Origin: an uncultured Gammaproteobacteria bacterium
GTDB lineage: Bacteria; Patescibacteriota; Microgenomatia; UBA12405
Length of the DNA: 64,000 nt
NCBI GenBank assembly: GCA_964605545.1
Contig: CAZSCX010000001.1
Location: 16,148 to 80,147 of the forward strand
Direction of reading: 5' to 3'
Made by a program: the position numbers and the translations under genes. Positions 1 through 8,205 of the stretch are shown here, piece after piece. Each line of letters opens with the position of its first letter. The stretch's first letter is position 1. Under the pieces are notes generated by a model that saw only the letters and a list, made by a program, of their open reading frames with translations, did no database searches and was not told the DNA's origin.

Positions 1-1
1 A

Positions 2-97
2 CCTGGAAGAATTGGAGATAAAAATAGTTTTGCCCCGAATTTTTTGATAAAAAACGGGGCAAATTTAGTGATGGAAGTAGATGATCTTGTGTTATAA
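2..97 (+). CDS. dprA: 3' end of DNA-processing protein DprA/Smf (partial)
   Basis: Frame 2 reads PGRIGDKNSFAPNFLIKNGANLVMEVDDLVL*, matching the DprA C-terminal motif (PG...S.G.N.LIK.GA.LV); dprA-topA synteny is common. Confidence 0.75.
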   Translation, partial: PGRIGDKNSFAPNFLIKNGANLVMEVDDLVL

Positions 98-145
98 TCG
101 GCCAAATGAATCTTAAAGAGATGGGTCGGGAGGTGAAAAAATTTC

Positions 146-391
146 TTGATGAAGGTGGAGATTAACACGATGATATCTCCAAGGAAGGATACGGTTGTTT
201 ATCGAGTATTTAAGAATGAAGATGATAAGATTGGAAAATTTATTGGTTATAGTCAATATCTTGATCCGACAGCAAGTAATATTATTGCCGAAGCTAAGGA
301 AAAATTATTTGATGATAATTATAAAATCCAATTGATTATAGTAGATAGAGAAACAAATAAACAAAAGGGGATTTTTTTAATTAAGGGTTGA
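146..391 (+). CDS. Hypothetical protein (81 aa)
   Basis: ORF with GGAGGTG upstream; no recognisable motif. Confidence 0.45.
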   Translation: MMKVEINTMISPRKDTVVYRVFKNEDDKIGKFIGYSQYLDPTASNIIAEAKEKLFDDNYKIQLIIVDRETNKQKGIFLIKG

Positions 392-423
392 CAGGCTTGA
401 TACAATAATTGACAATGACTATA

Positions 424-2364
424 ATGCCCAAGCTTTTAATTGTGGAGTCGCCGACCAAGGCGCGAACAATAAGTAAATATTTAGGAAAAGATTTTGAAGT
501 AGTAGCTACTATTGGCCATTTGAGAGATTTACCGACGAATAAGATGGGGGTGGATCTAAAAAGTTTTGATGTCGATTATGTAGTTGATGGTAAAAAGAAA
601 AAGGTAGTGGATGAAATAAAAAGGATGGCCAAAAAAGCGGGTGAGATTTATTTGGCTTCAGACCCTGATCGTGAAGGAGAGGCAATTTCTTGGCATGTGA
701 AGTATTTGATTGATCGGAGTGATGCTAAAAGAGTTAGTTTTCACGAAATTACCAAGGATGCGATTATGGAGGCCTTAGCTAGCCCTCGAGAAATTGATAT
801 GGATTTAGTTAATGCCCAACAGGCCAGAAGAATATTGGATAGGGTGGTGGGTTATAGTTTGTCGCCGGTGTTGTGGAAAAAAGTGAGAAGAGGTTTAAGT
901 GCTGGAAGAGTACAATCAGTGGCGGTGAGATTGATTGTCGAAAGAGAAAAAGAAATCGAAAATTTTAAAAAGGAAAAGTATTATCAAATTAGTGCCTTGG
1001 TAAAAGAAGGGTTCATGGCTGATTTAGCCAAGATTGACGGTAAAAATATTTATATTACTGAAAAATTAAAGTTATTTGATGGAGATTATAAATTTTCAAA
1101 AACAATACTGGATAAAGATAAGAGTGCCGATTTTGTTAAAGGTTTGGGTAAGGAATTTGTAGTAGAAAAAATAAGCGGAAGAGAGTTAATCAAGACACCA
1201 TTGCCGGCTTTTACAACTTCTAAATTGCAACAGATGGCAGCTAGAAGATTTGGTTGGAGTGGTAAACAGACAATGAGTGTGGCGCAAAAACTTTACGAAA
1301 AGGGTTTAATTACTTATCATCGAACCGATTCTGTTTATCTTTCTGATAAGGCAATGGTTGAGATGAGAAAATTTATTGAAGAAAAATACGGGAATGAATA
1401 TTTGTCTTCAAAGGTTAGGGTTTATCGAAATACAGCCAAAAATGCTCAAGAAGCTCATGAAGCGATTAGGCCGACAAATGTTAATTTGGTTTCGATTGAA
1501 AGCGATGCCCGTGAAATAAAATTGTATGATTTGATTTGGAAAAGAGCAGTGGCTACACAGGGGGCAGGGGCAAGAATGGAGAATACTACAGTAGAACTAT
1601 CTAATGGTAATGGTTTATTTGTAGCCAGAGGGGTAAGAATGTTGTTTGATGGTTTTATGAGAATTAATGGTGAAAAGCATGAGGATCAAATTTTGCCAAA
1701 ATTAAATAAGGGTGATAAGTTGGGATTAAAGGAAATAAAAGAGATTGAGTCAGAGACAATGGCACCACCAAGATATACCGATGCCAGTTTGGTATCAAGT
1801 TTAGAAAAACAGGGAATAGGCCGGCCGAGTACTTATGCGCCGATTATTTCAACGATTATTATGAGGCAATATGTGGAGAGAGATGAGGGAAGATTTAAGC
1901 CAACAAGTTTGGGAAAGGCGACTTGTGAATATTTAGTAAAGAATTTTGATGATATTATGTCTTTACCTTTTACGGCTGAGATGGAGGAGGATTTGGATTT
2001 GGTGTCTTTGGGAAAAATGGAATGGAAAACGATGATGAAGAAGTTTTATGGTGATTTTGAAAAAGAGGTGAAAGAAGCGACCGATAATTCGGACAGGGTA
2101 AAAGTGGAGACGGAGTCTTTAGGAAAAAAGTGTCCTGAGTGTAAAGAAGGAGACTTGGTGATTAGATTGGGAAGATTCGGAAAATTTATTTCTTGTTCTA
2201 GATTTCCGGAGTGTAAATTTACCGATCGATATTCGGAAGATGCTGGTTTTAAATGTCCAGAATGTGGGGCACCAGGAGTGGTAAGAAAAACAAAAACCGG
2301 AAGGAAGTTTTATGGTTGTTCGAAATATCCGAAATGTAAGTGGGCAGCTTGGAAAAAACCGTGA
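424..2364 (+). CDS. topA: DNA topoisomerase I (type IA)
   Basis: LLIVESPTKA, ASDPDREGE, SAGRVQS, LITYHRTDS, AQEAHEAIRPT, GIGRPSTY and two C-terminal C4 zinc ribbons; ATG 424 preferred over TTG 409. Confidence 0.98.
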   Translation: MPKLLIVESPTKARTISKYLGKDFEVVATIGHLRDLPTNKMGVDLKSFDVDYVVDGKKKKVVDEIKRMAKKAGEIYLASDPDREGEAISWHVKYLIDRSDAKRVSFHEITKDAIMEALASPREIDMDLVNAQQARRILDRVVGYSLSPVLWKKVRRGLSAGRVQSVAVRLIVEREKEIENFKKEKYYQISALVKEGFMADLAKIDGKNIYITEKLKLFDGDYKFSKTILDKDKSADFVKGLGKEFVVEKISGRELIKTPLPAFTTSKLQQMAARRFGWSGKQTMSVAQKLYEKGLITYHRTDSVYLSDKAMVEMRKFIEEKYGNEYLSSKVRVYRNTAKNAQEAHEAIRPTNVNLVSIESDAREIKLYDLIWKRAVATQGAGARMENTTVELSNGNGLFVARGVRMLFDGFMRINGEKHEDQILPKLNKGDKLGLKEIKEIESETMAPPRYTDASLVSSLEKQGIGRPSTYAPIISTIIMRQYVERDEGRFKPTSLGKATCEYLVKNFDDIMSLPFTAEMEEDLDLVSLGKMEWKTMMKKFYGDFEKEVKEATDNSDRVKVETESLGKKCPECKEGDLVIRLGRFGKFISCSRFPECKFTDRYSEDAGFKCPECGAPGVVRKTKTGRKFYGCSKYPKCKWAAWKKP

Positions 2365-2374
2365 TAATAATGGG

Positions 2375-2704
2375 TTAACAATCCATTATTAATGCATTAA
2401 AAACTAAAGGTAAGATAATTAGTAGTGCTATTATGGCGATAATGATTGTCAGTATTTGTTTTCCTGTAGAAAAACCATGTTTTTTGAGAAATATAGGCAA
2501 TTGAGTAATTGTTACAAAAACTAATATCCCGAAGCTAAGGAAGAAAGTTAAGAAAGCTGGTACAATGGTGTCTATTCCTTTTCCAAAGATCCACATTTTT
2601 GCAAATATTACCAATAGTATTATTGGTAATATTTGCACAGTTATTAATGCTAATGAAAGGATTATATTTTTAGTAGGTTTAACAAAATTAGTTGTGCTTT
2701 CCAT
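2375..2704 (-). CDS. Hypothetical membrane protein (about 3 TM segments)
   Basis: Three hydrophobic stretches; start MESTTNF at 2704 avoids overlap with the upstream ATPase. Confidence 0.6.
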   Translation of the reverse strand: MESTTNFVKPTKNIILSLALITVQILPIILLVIFAKMWIFGKGIDTIVPAFLTFFLSFGILVFVTITQLPIFLKKHGFSTGKQILTIIIAIIALLIILPLVFNALIMDC

Positions 2705-2711
2705 AATTAGT

Positions 2712-4865
2712 TTATAACTTCTTTCCCCAATGTTCTCTAGAGATGCGGATGACTTTGTCACGCTGTTGATTCTTGCAGGAAAGTGGGGGTAGGGTAGTGG
2801 CATAGAAGGGCTGGGTGGTTTCGGAATCGATGGATAGTTTGCAAATTATTTGATATTTTCCAATTTTTATTAAATCTTCAGGCGGAAAATTGGGACCAAA
2901 TTCTTTGGAAAGAACATAGGCGTCCTGGTTGCCGACAACAAAAGACATCATGGAGCCAACGTTACCAAAGATGGCGTCTTGAATAGTACGGTCGAGCTGG
3001 GCCATATATTGATTGGCGACAATTAAATTTAATTTGAATTTTCTGGCCTCTGATAAAATTTTTATGAAAGCTTCAGTGGCAAAATTTTGAAATTCGTCGA
3101 CATAAAGATAAAAATCAGATCGTTCATCCGATGTCTGGAAAACCCGATTCATGGCAGAGAGTTGAATTTGGGTAATCAACATAGCACCTAAAAGAGCTGA
3201 GTTATCTTCGCCCAATTTACCATTGCTTAAATCGGCAATTAGGATCTTTTTTTGGTCCATTATGTCGGTAATATTGACTTTAGATTTGGCGTGGGCGATG
3301 GTATTTCTAATGTTAGTTGAGGAAATAAATTGACCAACTTTATTGAGAATTGGAGAAATTGATTCTTGTTGAAATTTTGGATCCATTTTTTCAAATTCAT
3401 TTTTCCAAAAATTGATTAAAGTCTGGTTTTTTAAATTGGCAATGACTTTCTCGCGAAAGTTTTTGTTGGTCAAAATTTCAACGATGTGAGTCATGTTGGT
3501 ATCGGGAGTATTGACAAGAGTAAGGAGGGTGTTTCTTAAAATGTGTTCTAATCGTGGCCCCCAGGAAACATTGCCATATAGCTTTTTAAAAATAGAAATT
3601 ACACCGGAGGCAACCAATTCTTTTTGAGATTCATTTTGAGCTTCGAGAACGTTGAGAGGATAGACGTATTGGGGATCGGCGGGATTAAAATAACAGACAT
3701 CGTTTATTCTATTTGAAGGAATATAATCCAAAATGGTATTACATAAATCACCGTGAGGATCGATAATGGCGACGCCTCGGCCTTTACGGATATCATCAAT
3801 GGCCATGTTGGCTATTAAAGTAGTTTTACCGGTACCGCTTTTTCCAATGATATAAGTATGGCGACGACGATCTTCACCTTCTTCGATACCAAAAATAGTC
3901 TCTTTGTTGTGAAATTCGGTTTTGGCAAAAAAAGTTATTTTATTTTTTTCTTCACTGGATAAATTATCGGCAATGGGTAGATTTTCGGGAGGATCGGCAT
4001 AAAGTTTCTTACCCCAGGCGATGTTGGGAAGTTTACTTAGGGCTCCAGGGAAATGCCAGAGGGCGGCCAATTCTTCAACATTTAAGATTTGATGTTTCAG
4101 TGATTGAGTGAATTTGCGAGAAAGAGCGCAGGTGGTGATTTTATTTTTGCCAAAGAAACCAGGAGATTGAGTTTTGAGATAATTGCCACGGGGAGAGGTG
4201 TAGGTACCAAAAGAGGAAGAGACGGCTTCAATTAAAGATGGATTGTTAGAAATTAAGTTTATTTGAGCTTCAAGGCCGGGAAATTGAATTTTTTGTTCGA
4301 ATATGGCTTTGTCGGGATGAGCAGTACGGATATTTTTTTCTTTATCAACAACAATACCATTTTGAATGGTGGAAAGAATGGAATGTTGCCAAGAGCGGGA
4401 AGCGGTAGCTAAAAGGATTTGATAGACAAAAAAGTCGTCTGGCTTGATAGATCGGGAAATGGGGGAGAGAACGGAATTTAAGGGATCGGTATCTTTGAAA
4501 TCTTTGGCGGTTTTGATGGGGTAATAATAAGAGCGGGATAATCCCATTTGGGTAACTTTTATATCTGGATTCAAATATTCTTGAGACTGTTTAATGATGG
4601 CACTGTTATATTGGGCGAGAATCTGAGAACGGAAAAATTCAATACTGGAACTGGGGACAGCGACGTAAAAACGGACTTGACCATTTTGAAGAACGATTTC
4701 CAAAGAAGCAAGTGTTCTTTTTCTTTTTAATAATTTATCAAGAAATGATCCTGGGGTAAATTGGGTGAAATTTGATAGAAGAGAGGACATTGATTCGGGA
4801 CTGAATTCATTTTCTTGAGGAAGACGAACTTCTAATAAGGTGAAATTTTCAGATACTGCGGGCAT
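2712..4865 (-). CDS. VirD4/TrwB/HerA-superfamily ATPase (CPR-type solo coupling-protein homologue)
   Basis: Walker A GKSGTGKT, AIIDPHGD, Walker B LYVDEFQN, SEARKF and ANQY motifs. Confidence 0.85.
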   Translation of the reverse strand: MPAVSENFTLLEVRLPQENEFSPESMSSLLSNFTQFTPGSFLDKLLKRKRTLASLEIVLQNGQVRFYVAVPSSSIEFFRSQILAQYNSAIIKQSQEYLNPDIKVTQMGLSRSYYYPIKTAKDFKDTDPLNSVLSPISRSIKPDDFFVYQILLATASRSWQHSILSTIQNGIVVDKEKNIRTAHPDKAIFEQKIQFPGLEAQINLISNNPSLIEAVSSSFGTYTSPRGNYLKTQSPGFFGKNKITTCALSRKFTQSLKHQILNVEELAALWHFPGALSKLPNIAWGKKLYADPPENLPIADNLSSEEKNKITFFAKTEFHNKETIFGIEEGEDRRRHTYIIGKSGTGKTTLIANMAIDDIRKGRGVAIIDPHGDLCNTILDYIPSNRINDVCYFNPADPQYVYPLNVLEAQNESQKELVASGVISIFKKLYGNVSWGPRLEHILRNTLLTLVNTPDTNMTHIVEILTNKNFREKVIANLKNQTLINFWKNEFEKMDPKFQQESISPILNKVGQFISSTNIRNTIAHAKSKVNITDIMDQKKILIADLSNGKLGEDNSALLGAMLITQIQLSAMNRVFQTSDERSDFYLYVDEFQNFATEAFIKILSEARKFKLNLIVANQYMAQLDRTIQDAIFGNVGSMMSFVVGNQDAYVLSKEFGPNFPPEDLIKIGKYQIICKLSIDSETTQPFYATTLPPLSCKNQQRDKVIRISREHWGKKL

Positions 4866-4882
4866 ACAAGTATTTTATCATT

Positions 4883-4998
4883 AAATCCCCCGATTCGCTT
4901 TGCTCATCTGCCCCCTTTGACGAAAGGGGGCCAAAATAAAAATAATGAATATGTTCCCCTTTTGTCAAAGGGGAAAGCCCCGAAGGGGAAGGGGATTT
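4883..4998. repeat. REP/REPIN- or MITE-like palindromic element
   Basis: Terminal IR AAATCCCC/GGGGATTT enclosing two mutually inverted hairpins (CCCCTTTGACGAAAGGGG and CCCCTTTTGTCAAAGGGG) plus CCCCGAAGGGG. Confidence 0.65.
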
Positions 4999-5150
4999 GT
5001 ATGTGTATCAAATATGTATCTTGAAAATTTAAGAAAAAAGTAGTAAAATATGAATAATAAAATTATATAAGACTAAAGCTAAAGCTGTTTTAGGATTTTT
5101 ATATAGTTTTTGGTTCTTTAACAACCCGACAAATATCAAACAAAAAATGT

Positions 5151-5208
5151 AGTTTTTGCGACCCGATGGGGTTCTATCTGCCCTAGAGCTCGATCGGGTT
5201 GCAAAACT
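5151..5208 (+). promoter_or_regulatory. Long 5' stem-loop upstream of the small-ORF cassette
   Basis: TTTTGCGACCCGAT...GGTTCTA-loop-TAGAGCT...ATCGGGTTGCAAAA; the G-U pairs favour an RNA structure on the + strand. Confidence 0.65.
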
Positions 5209-5232
5209 CAAAAATTTTGTAGGAGGTAGTGA

Positions 5233-5322
5233 ATGAAGAGAATGGTTATTGTTGTATTTTTGGTTTTAGTTCATGGTGAATTCAAATTCACTAAAGGAGG
5301 CGTGAGACAGGAGGTGAGCTGA
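5233..5322 (+). CDS. Small peptide with hydrophobic N-terminus (29 aa, MKRMVIVVFLVLVHGEFKFTKGGVRQEVS)
   Basis: Strong SD AGGAGGT at 5221; below the ORF-track cutoff. Confidence 0.45.
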   Translation: MKRMVIVVFLVLVHGEFKFTKGGVRQEVS

Positions 5323-5323
5323 T

Positions 5324-5464
5324 ATGAGACAACGAAGAGTTGTACAAACCAGCACGCCCCGGCGGAATCCTGGAGAGACGTTTAAGAATTACATGAAACG
5401 TATTCATCAGGTAGACAATGAGAGAAAGGCAAAAGAAAAAGGGGGACAAAATGGAAGAAAATAA
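5324..5464 (+). CDS. Small basic protein (46 aa, MRQRRVVQTSTPRRNPGETF...)
   Basis: SD CAGGAGGTGA upstream; starts 1 nt after the previous stop. Confidence 0.5.
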   Translation: MRQRRVVQTSTPRRNPGETFKNYMKRIHQVDNERKAKEKGGQNGRK

Positions 5465-5636
5465 TTTTTTTTCTATTGATTGTCCTAGTTGTGGAACACC
5501 GATTTCTGTTCCGTATTGGGGCAGGAATGTTGTGTGTCCATCATGTGGGGGATCTGTACCTCACACAACTGTAGTTGGGGCTGAGATACACCACAAGTGT
5601 TGTCTTTTGGCCAAGAAAGGGGGAAATAATGAATAA
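5451..5636 (+). CDS. Small zinc-ribbon protein (61 aa)
   Basis: CPSC-x14-CPSC plus HHKCC; SD-like AAGGGGG before ATG 5451. Confidence 0.6.
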   Translation: MEENNFFSIDCPSCGTPISVPYWGRNVVCPSCGGSVPHTTVVGAEIHHKCCLLAKKGGNNE

Positions 5637-5829
5637 TATTTCAAAACCCTTGAGTGGTGCAGCAAAGATATCTCATGACAAAAAACTACAAAAACAACAG
5701 CCAATTGAAGTTGAATGTTTTTGTTGTTGGACTGTCAACAAAGTTCCACAGCAAGGAAAAGTTATGTGTAAAGACTGTGGAACTGACTTAACATTTCACA
5801 GAGATGTTAAGTTAAAAAAAAGCGTTTAA
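5629..5829 (+). CDS. Small zinc-ribbon protein (66 aa)
   Basis: CFCC...CKDC; SD-like AAAGGGGG before ATG 5629; overlaps the previous stop. Confidence 0.6.
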   Translation: MNNISKPLSGAAKISHDKKLQKQQPIEVECFCCWTVNKVPQQGKVMCKDCGTDLTFHRDVKLKKSV

Positions 5830-5846
5830 TCTGGCCGGTTAAAATA

Positions 5847-5948
5847 GGAGAGAGGGAGGGGTGTCTTTGCAAAACTAGATACGAGTCATTATCGTATGAC
5901 AAATCCCTTCTCTCTCTCCAAACTTTTGGTTTGGAGCTTTGTTTTTTT
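5847..5948 (+). terminator. 3' structured region with an intrinsic terminator
   Basis: GGAGAGAGGGAGGG pairs with CCCTTCTCTCTCTCC; an alternative hairpin CTCCAAA-loop-TTTGGAG is followed by a T-rich tract. Confidence 0.55.
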
Positions 5949-6065
5949 AGTTTAGTGTTTTTTTAGTTTTTGTTTGGTTTCCTGTCGGGTTGTTTTTGTT
6001 TTTTCCTTTTATGTGTAACAAATGCGTACTTGTTTTTTTATATTAGCTTGATAAAATAGGTTAAT

Positions 6066-6260
6066 ATGGCAAAAGAAAAAAAACAAATAATCCCTGTTCA
6101 AAAGCATTGTTTTACTTGTGATACCGATCGTGTTGTTGCAATAGGATTGGGTGATCATCCTCATAAAATGACAAAATATGGAAGAATTGATATTTGTCCT
6201 GGTTGTGATGGGCCATTATCTGATATTAAACCTCAAGAAAATAGCGTAGGTGTGATATAA
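6066..6260 (+). CDS. Small zinc-ribbon protein (64 aa)
   Basis: CFTC...CPGC; TGATAAAAT extended -10 just upstream. Confidence 0.55.
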   Translation: MAKEKKQIIPVQKHCFTCDTDRVVAIGLGDHPHKMTKYGRIDICPGCDGPLSDIKPQENSVGVI

Positions 6261-6284
6261 TCCTAAGAGTTTTATTAATGATTC

Positions 6285-6350
6285 GTCCGCCAACTGGCGG
6301 ATTGGCGATACCCTGGGTGAAAGCCCGCCGTGTCTAAAAGGGTAAAAAGT
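6285..6350 (+). promoter_or_regulatory. Structured rpsB leader (candidate S2-responsive element)
   Basis: TCCGCC-AACT-GGCGGA hairpin, then GGCG-ATACCCT-GGGTGAAAGCC-CGCC whose internal TACCCT can pair with AGGGTA (6339-6344) as a pseudoknot; TGATATAAT upstream. Confidence 0.55.
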
Positions 6351-7169
6351 ATGGCAAAAAAAATATTAAAAAAAGTTTTAAAAAACAAAAAAGCGACTTC
6401 GATTAAAAAAGAGAAAGAAATAGTTAAAGAAAAAGAAAAGAAACTTGTAAATGTAGTGGTGAATGGGGAAAAAGTTAAAGAAGATAAGAAATATAATCTA
6501 ACTATTGGGATAAAAGATTTATTTGATGCCGGTTGTCACTTGGGACACAAGATTTCCAAGACTCATCCAAAAGCAAGAACAAATATTTATATTGCTAAAG
6601 ATGGAATTGAAATAATCAATTTGGAAAAAACAATTAAGGCTTTAGAAAAAGCATGTAATTATATTTATAATGCCAGAAGAAACGGTAAAAGTGTTTGTTT
6701 ACTTGGTACAAAAAGACAAGCAAAAGAGGTTATTCGTCGAGTAGCTTTGGATGCAGGTGTGCCCTATGTAACAGAAAGATGGTTGGGTGGAACAATTACT
6801 AATTGGGATCAAATTAAGAAGAATATTAAGAGATTGAAAGATTTGAAAGAGGGTTTTGAAAAGGATAAGTTTATTGAAAATACTAAAAAAGAACAAAGTG
6901 AAATGAAAAAAGAGATTTCTAGATTGGAAAGAATTGTTGGTGGGTTAGAAAAAGCCGATAGACTTTTTGATATTTTATTTGTTGTGGATGCTGGTTTTGA
7001 AAAAACGGCTATTAAAGAAGCAATTTTGAGAAAAATCAAAACTGTTGCGATTACTGATACTGATTGTAATCCAAATATTGTTGATTTTGCTATTCCTTCA
7101 AATGAAGATAATGTAAAAGCTGTTAATATAATAGTAGAGGAGATTGGTAGAGCTATTAAATCTGCCTAA
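6351..7169 (+). CDS. rpsB: 30S ribosomal protein S2 with Lys-rich N-terminal extension
   Basis: LFDAGCHLGH, IINLEKT, LGTKRQA, ERWLGGTITN, DTDCNP, IPSNED; ATG 6351 preferred over GTG 6330. Confidence 0.96.
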   Translation: MAKKILKKVLKNKKATSIKKEKEIVKEKEKKLVNVVVNGEKVKEDKKYNLTIGIKDLFDAGCHLGHKISKTHPKARTNIYIAKDGIEIINLEKTIKALEKACNYIYNARRNGKSVCLLGTKRQAKEVIRRVALDAGVPYVTERWLGGTITNWDQIKKNIKRLKDLKEGFEKDKFIENTKKEQSEMKKEISRLERIVGGLEKADRLFDILFVVDAGFEKTAIKEAILRKIKTVAITDTDCNPNIVDFAIPSNEDNVKAVNIIVEEIGRAIKSA

Positions 7170-7177
7170 TTTAAAAT

Positions 7178-7636
7178 ATGGATAATAAAAAAATAATCGA
7201 ACAAGTTAAGAAACTCAGAGAAGAACTGGGTTTGGGAATTATGGAAATAAAGGCGGCTTTGGAAGCGGCCAAGGGTGATGAAAAAAAAGCTAAAGAAATT
7301 TTGAAAGAACAAGGTTTTAAAAAAGCCGAAAAAAGAACAGAAAAAGAAACTCATCAGGGTAGAGTGGCGACTTATACACATGCTACCGGAAAAGTTGGAG
7401 TAATGGTGGAATTGCTTTGTGAAACTGATTTTGTCGCTAAAAATGAAGAATTTTTGGCTTTAGCTAAAGATTTATGTTTACAGGTGGCAGCTATGGAACC
7501 AAAAGATACCAAGGCTTTATTGACCCAGGAATTTATTAAAGATCCATCTAAAAAAGTGGATGAATTGATAAAAGCTCTGATAGCTAAATTTGGTGAAAAT
7601 ATAAAATTAGGAAGAATTGAAAGATTTGAAATTTGA
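7178..7636 (+). CDS. tsf: Elongation factor Ts (short form)
   Basis: VKKLRE..G.GIME.K.AL and VELLCETDFVA; follows rpsB. Confidence 0.95.
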   Translation: MDNKKIIEQVKKLREELGLGIMEIKAALEAAKGDEKKAKEILKEQGFKKAEKRTEKETHQGRVATYTHATGKVGVMVELLCETDFVAKNEEFLALAKDLCLQVAAMEPKDTKALLTQEFIKDPSKKVDELIKALIAKFGENIKLGRIERFEI

Positions 7637-7651
7637 TATACTGAGACTAGT

Positions 7652-8203
7652 ATGTTGAACTTTAATGATATAAAGATCCGGATGGATAAAATTGTTAGTA
7701 TTTTTTTGGAAGATATTGCTTCGATTAGAACGGGACGGGCAACTCCGGGATTGATAGAAAATGTGGTGGTGACGGTTTATGGTGGTCAAAAAATGAAATT
7801 GATTGAATTGGGAAGTATTGGAGTATCCGATGCTAGGACTTTGACTTTTCAACCATGGGATATGTCAATTATTCGAGAAATAAGTAATGGGATAGCGGCG
7901 GCCAATATTGGAATGAATCCTGCTATAGATGGACAGATTATCCGAATGAGTTTGCCGATGATGACGGTAGAACAAAGAGACGATTATATTAAAATGCTGG
8001 GACGTAAATTGGAAGGAGCGAGGGTGATGATCAGAGATGCCAGGGGTGATTTTAGAAAGGGATTGGTTGATGCTAAAAATGAAAAAACAATTTCTGAAGA
8101 TGAATTCAAAAAAGATGAAACGGAATTGCAGAAAATAACCGATGAATACATAAAAAAATTAGAGGAAAAGGCAGGGAAAAAGGAGATAGAAATTCGAGGA
8201 TAG
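7652..8203 (+). CDS. frr: Ribosome recycling factor
   Basis: IRTGRATP, QPWD, GMNP..DG, LQKITD. Confidence 0.95.
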   Translation: MLNFNDIKIRMDKIVSIFLEDIASIRTGRATPGLIENVVVTVYGGQKMKLIELGSIGVSDARTLTFQPWDMSIIREISNGIAAANIGMNPAIDGQIIRMSLPMMTVEQRDDYIKMLGRKLEGARVMIRDARGDFRKGLVDAKNEKTISEDEFKKDETELQKITDEYIKKLEEKAGKKEIEIRG

Positions 8204-8205
8204 AT

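Larger units (their letters stand above)
5120..5994. repeat. Long-range imperfect inverted repeat pair (5120-5146 / 5967-5994) bounding a small-ORF cassette
   Basis: AACAACCCGACA-aatat-CAAACAAAAA versus TTTTTGTTTG-gtttcc-TGTCGGGTTGTT (12 + 10 exact complementary bases). Confidence 0.75.

Noticed and set aside
106-391. Programmed +1 frameshift joining a 19 aa ORF (106-165) to ORF 146-391
   Set aside because: A/T runs are common here and ORF 146 has its own SD-like sequence; no supporting evidence.
2712-4865. Conjugative element
   Set aside because: No relaxase, VirB4 or other T4SS genes in the window.
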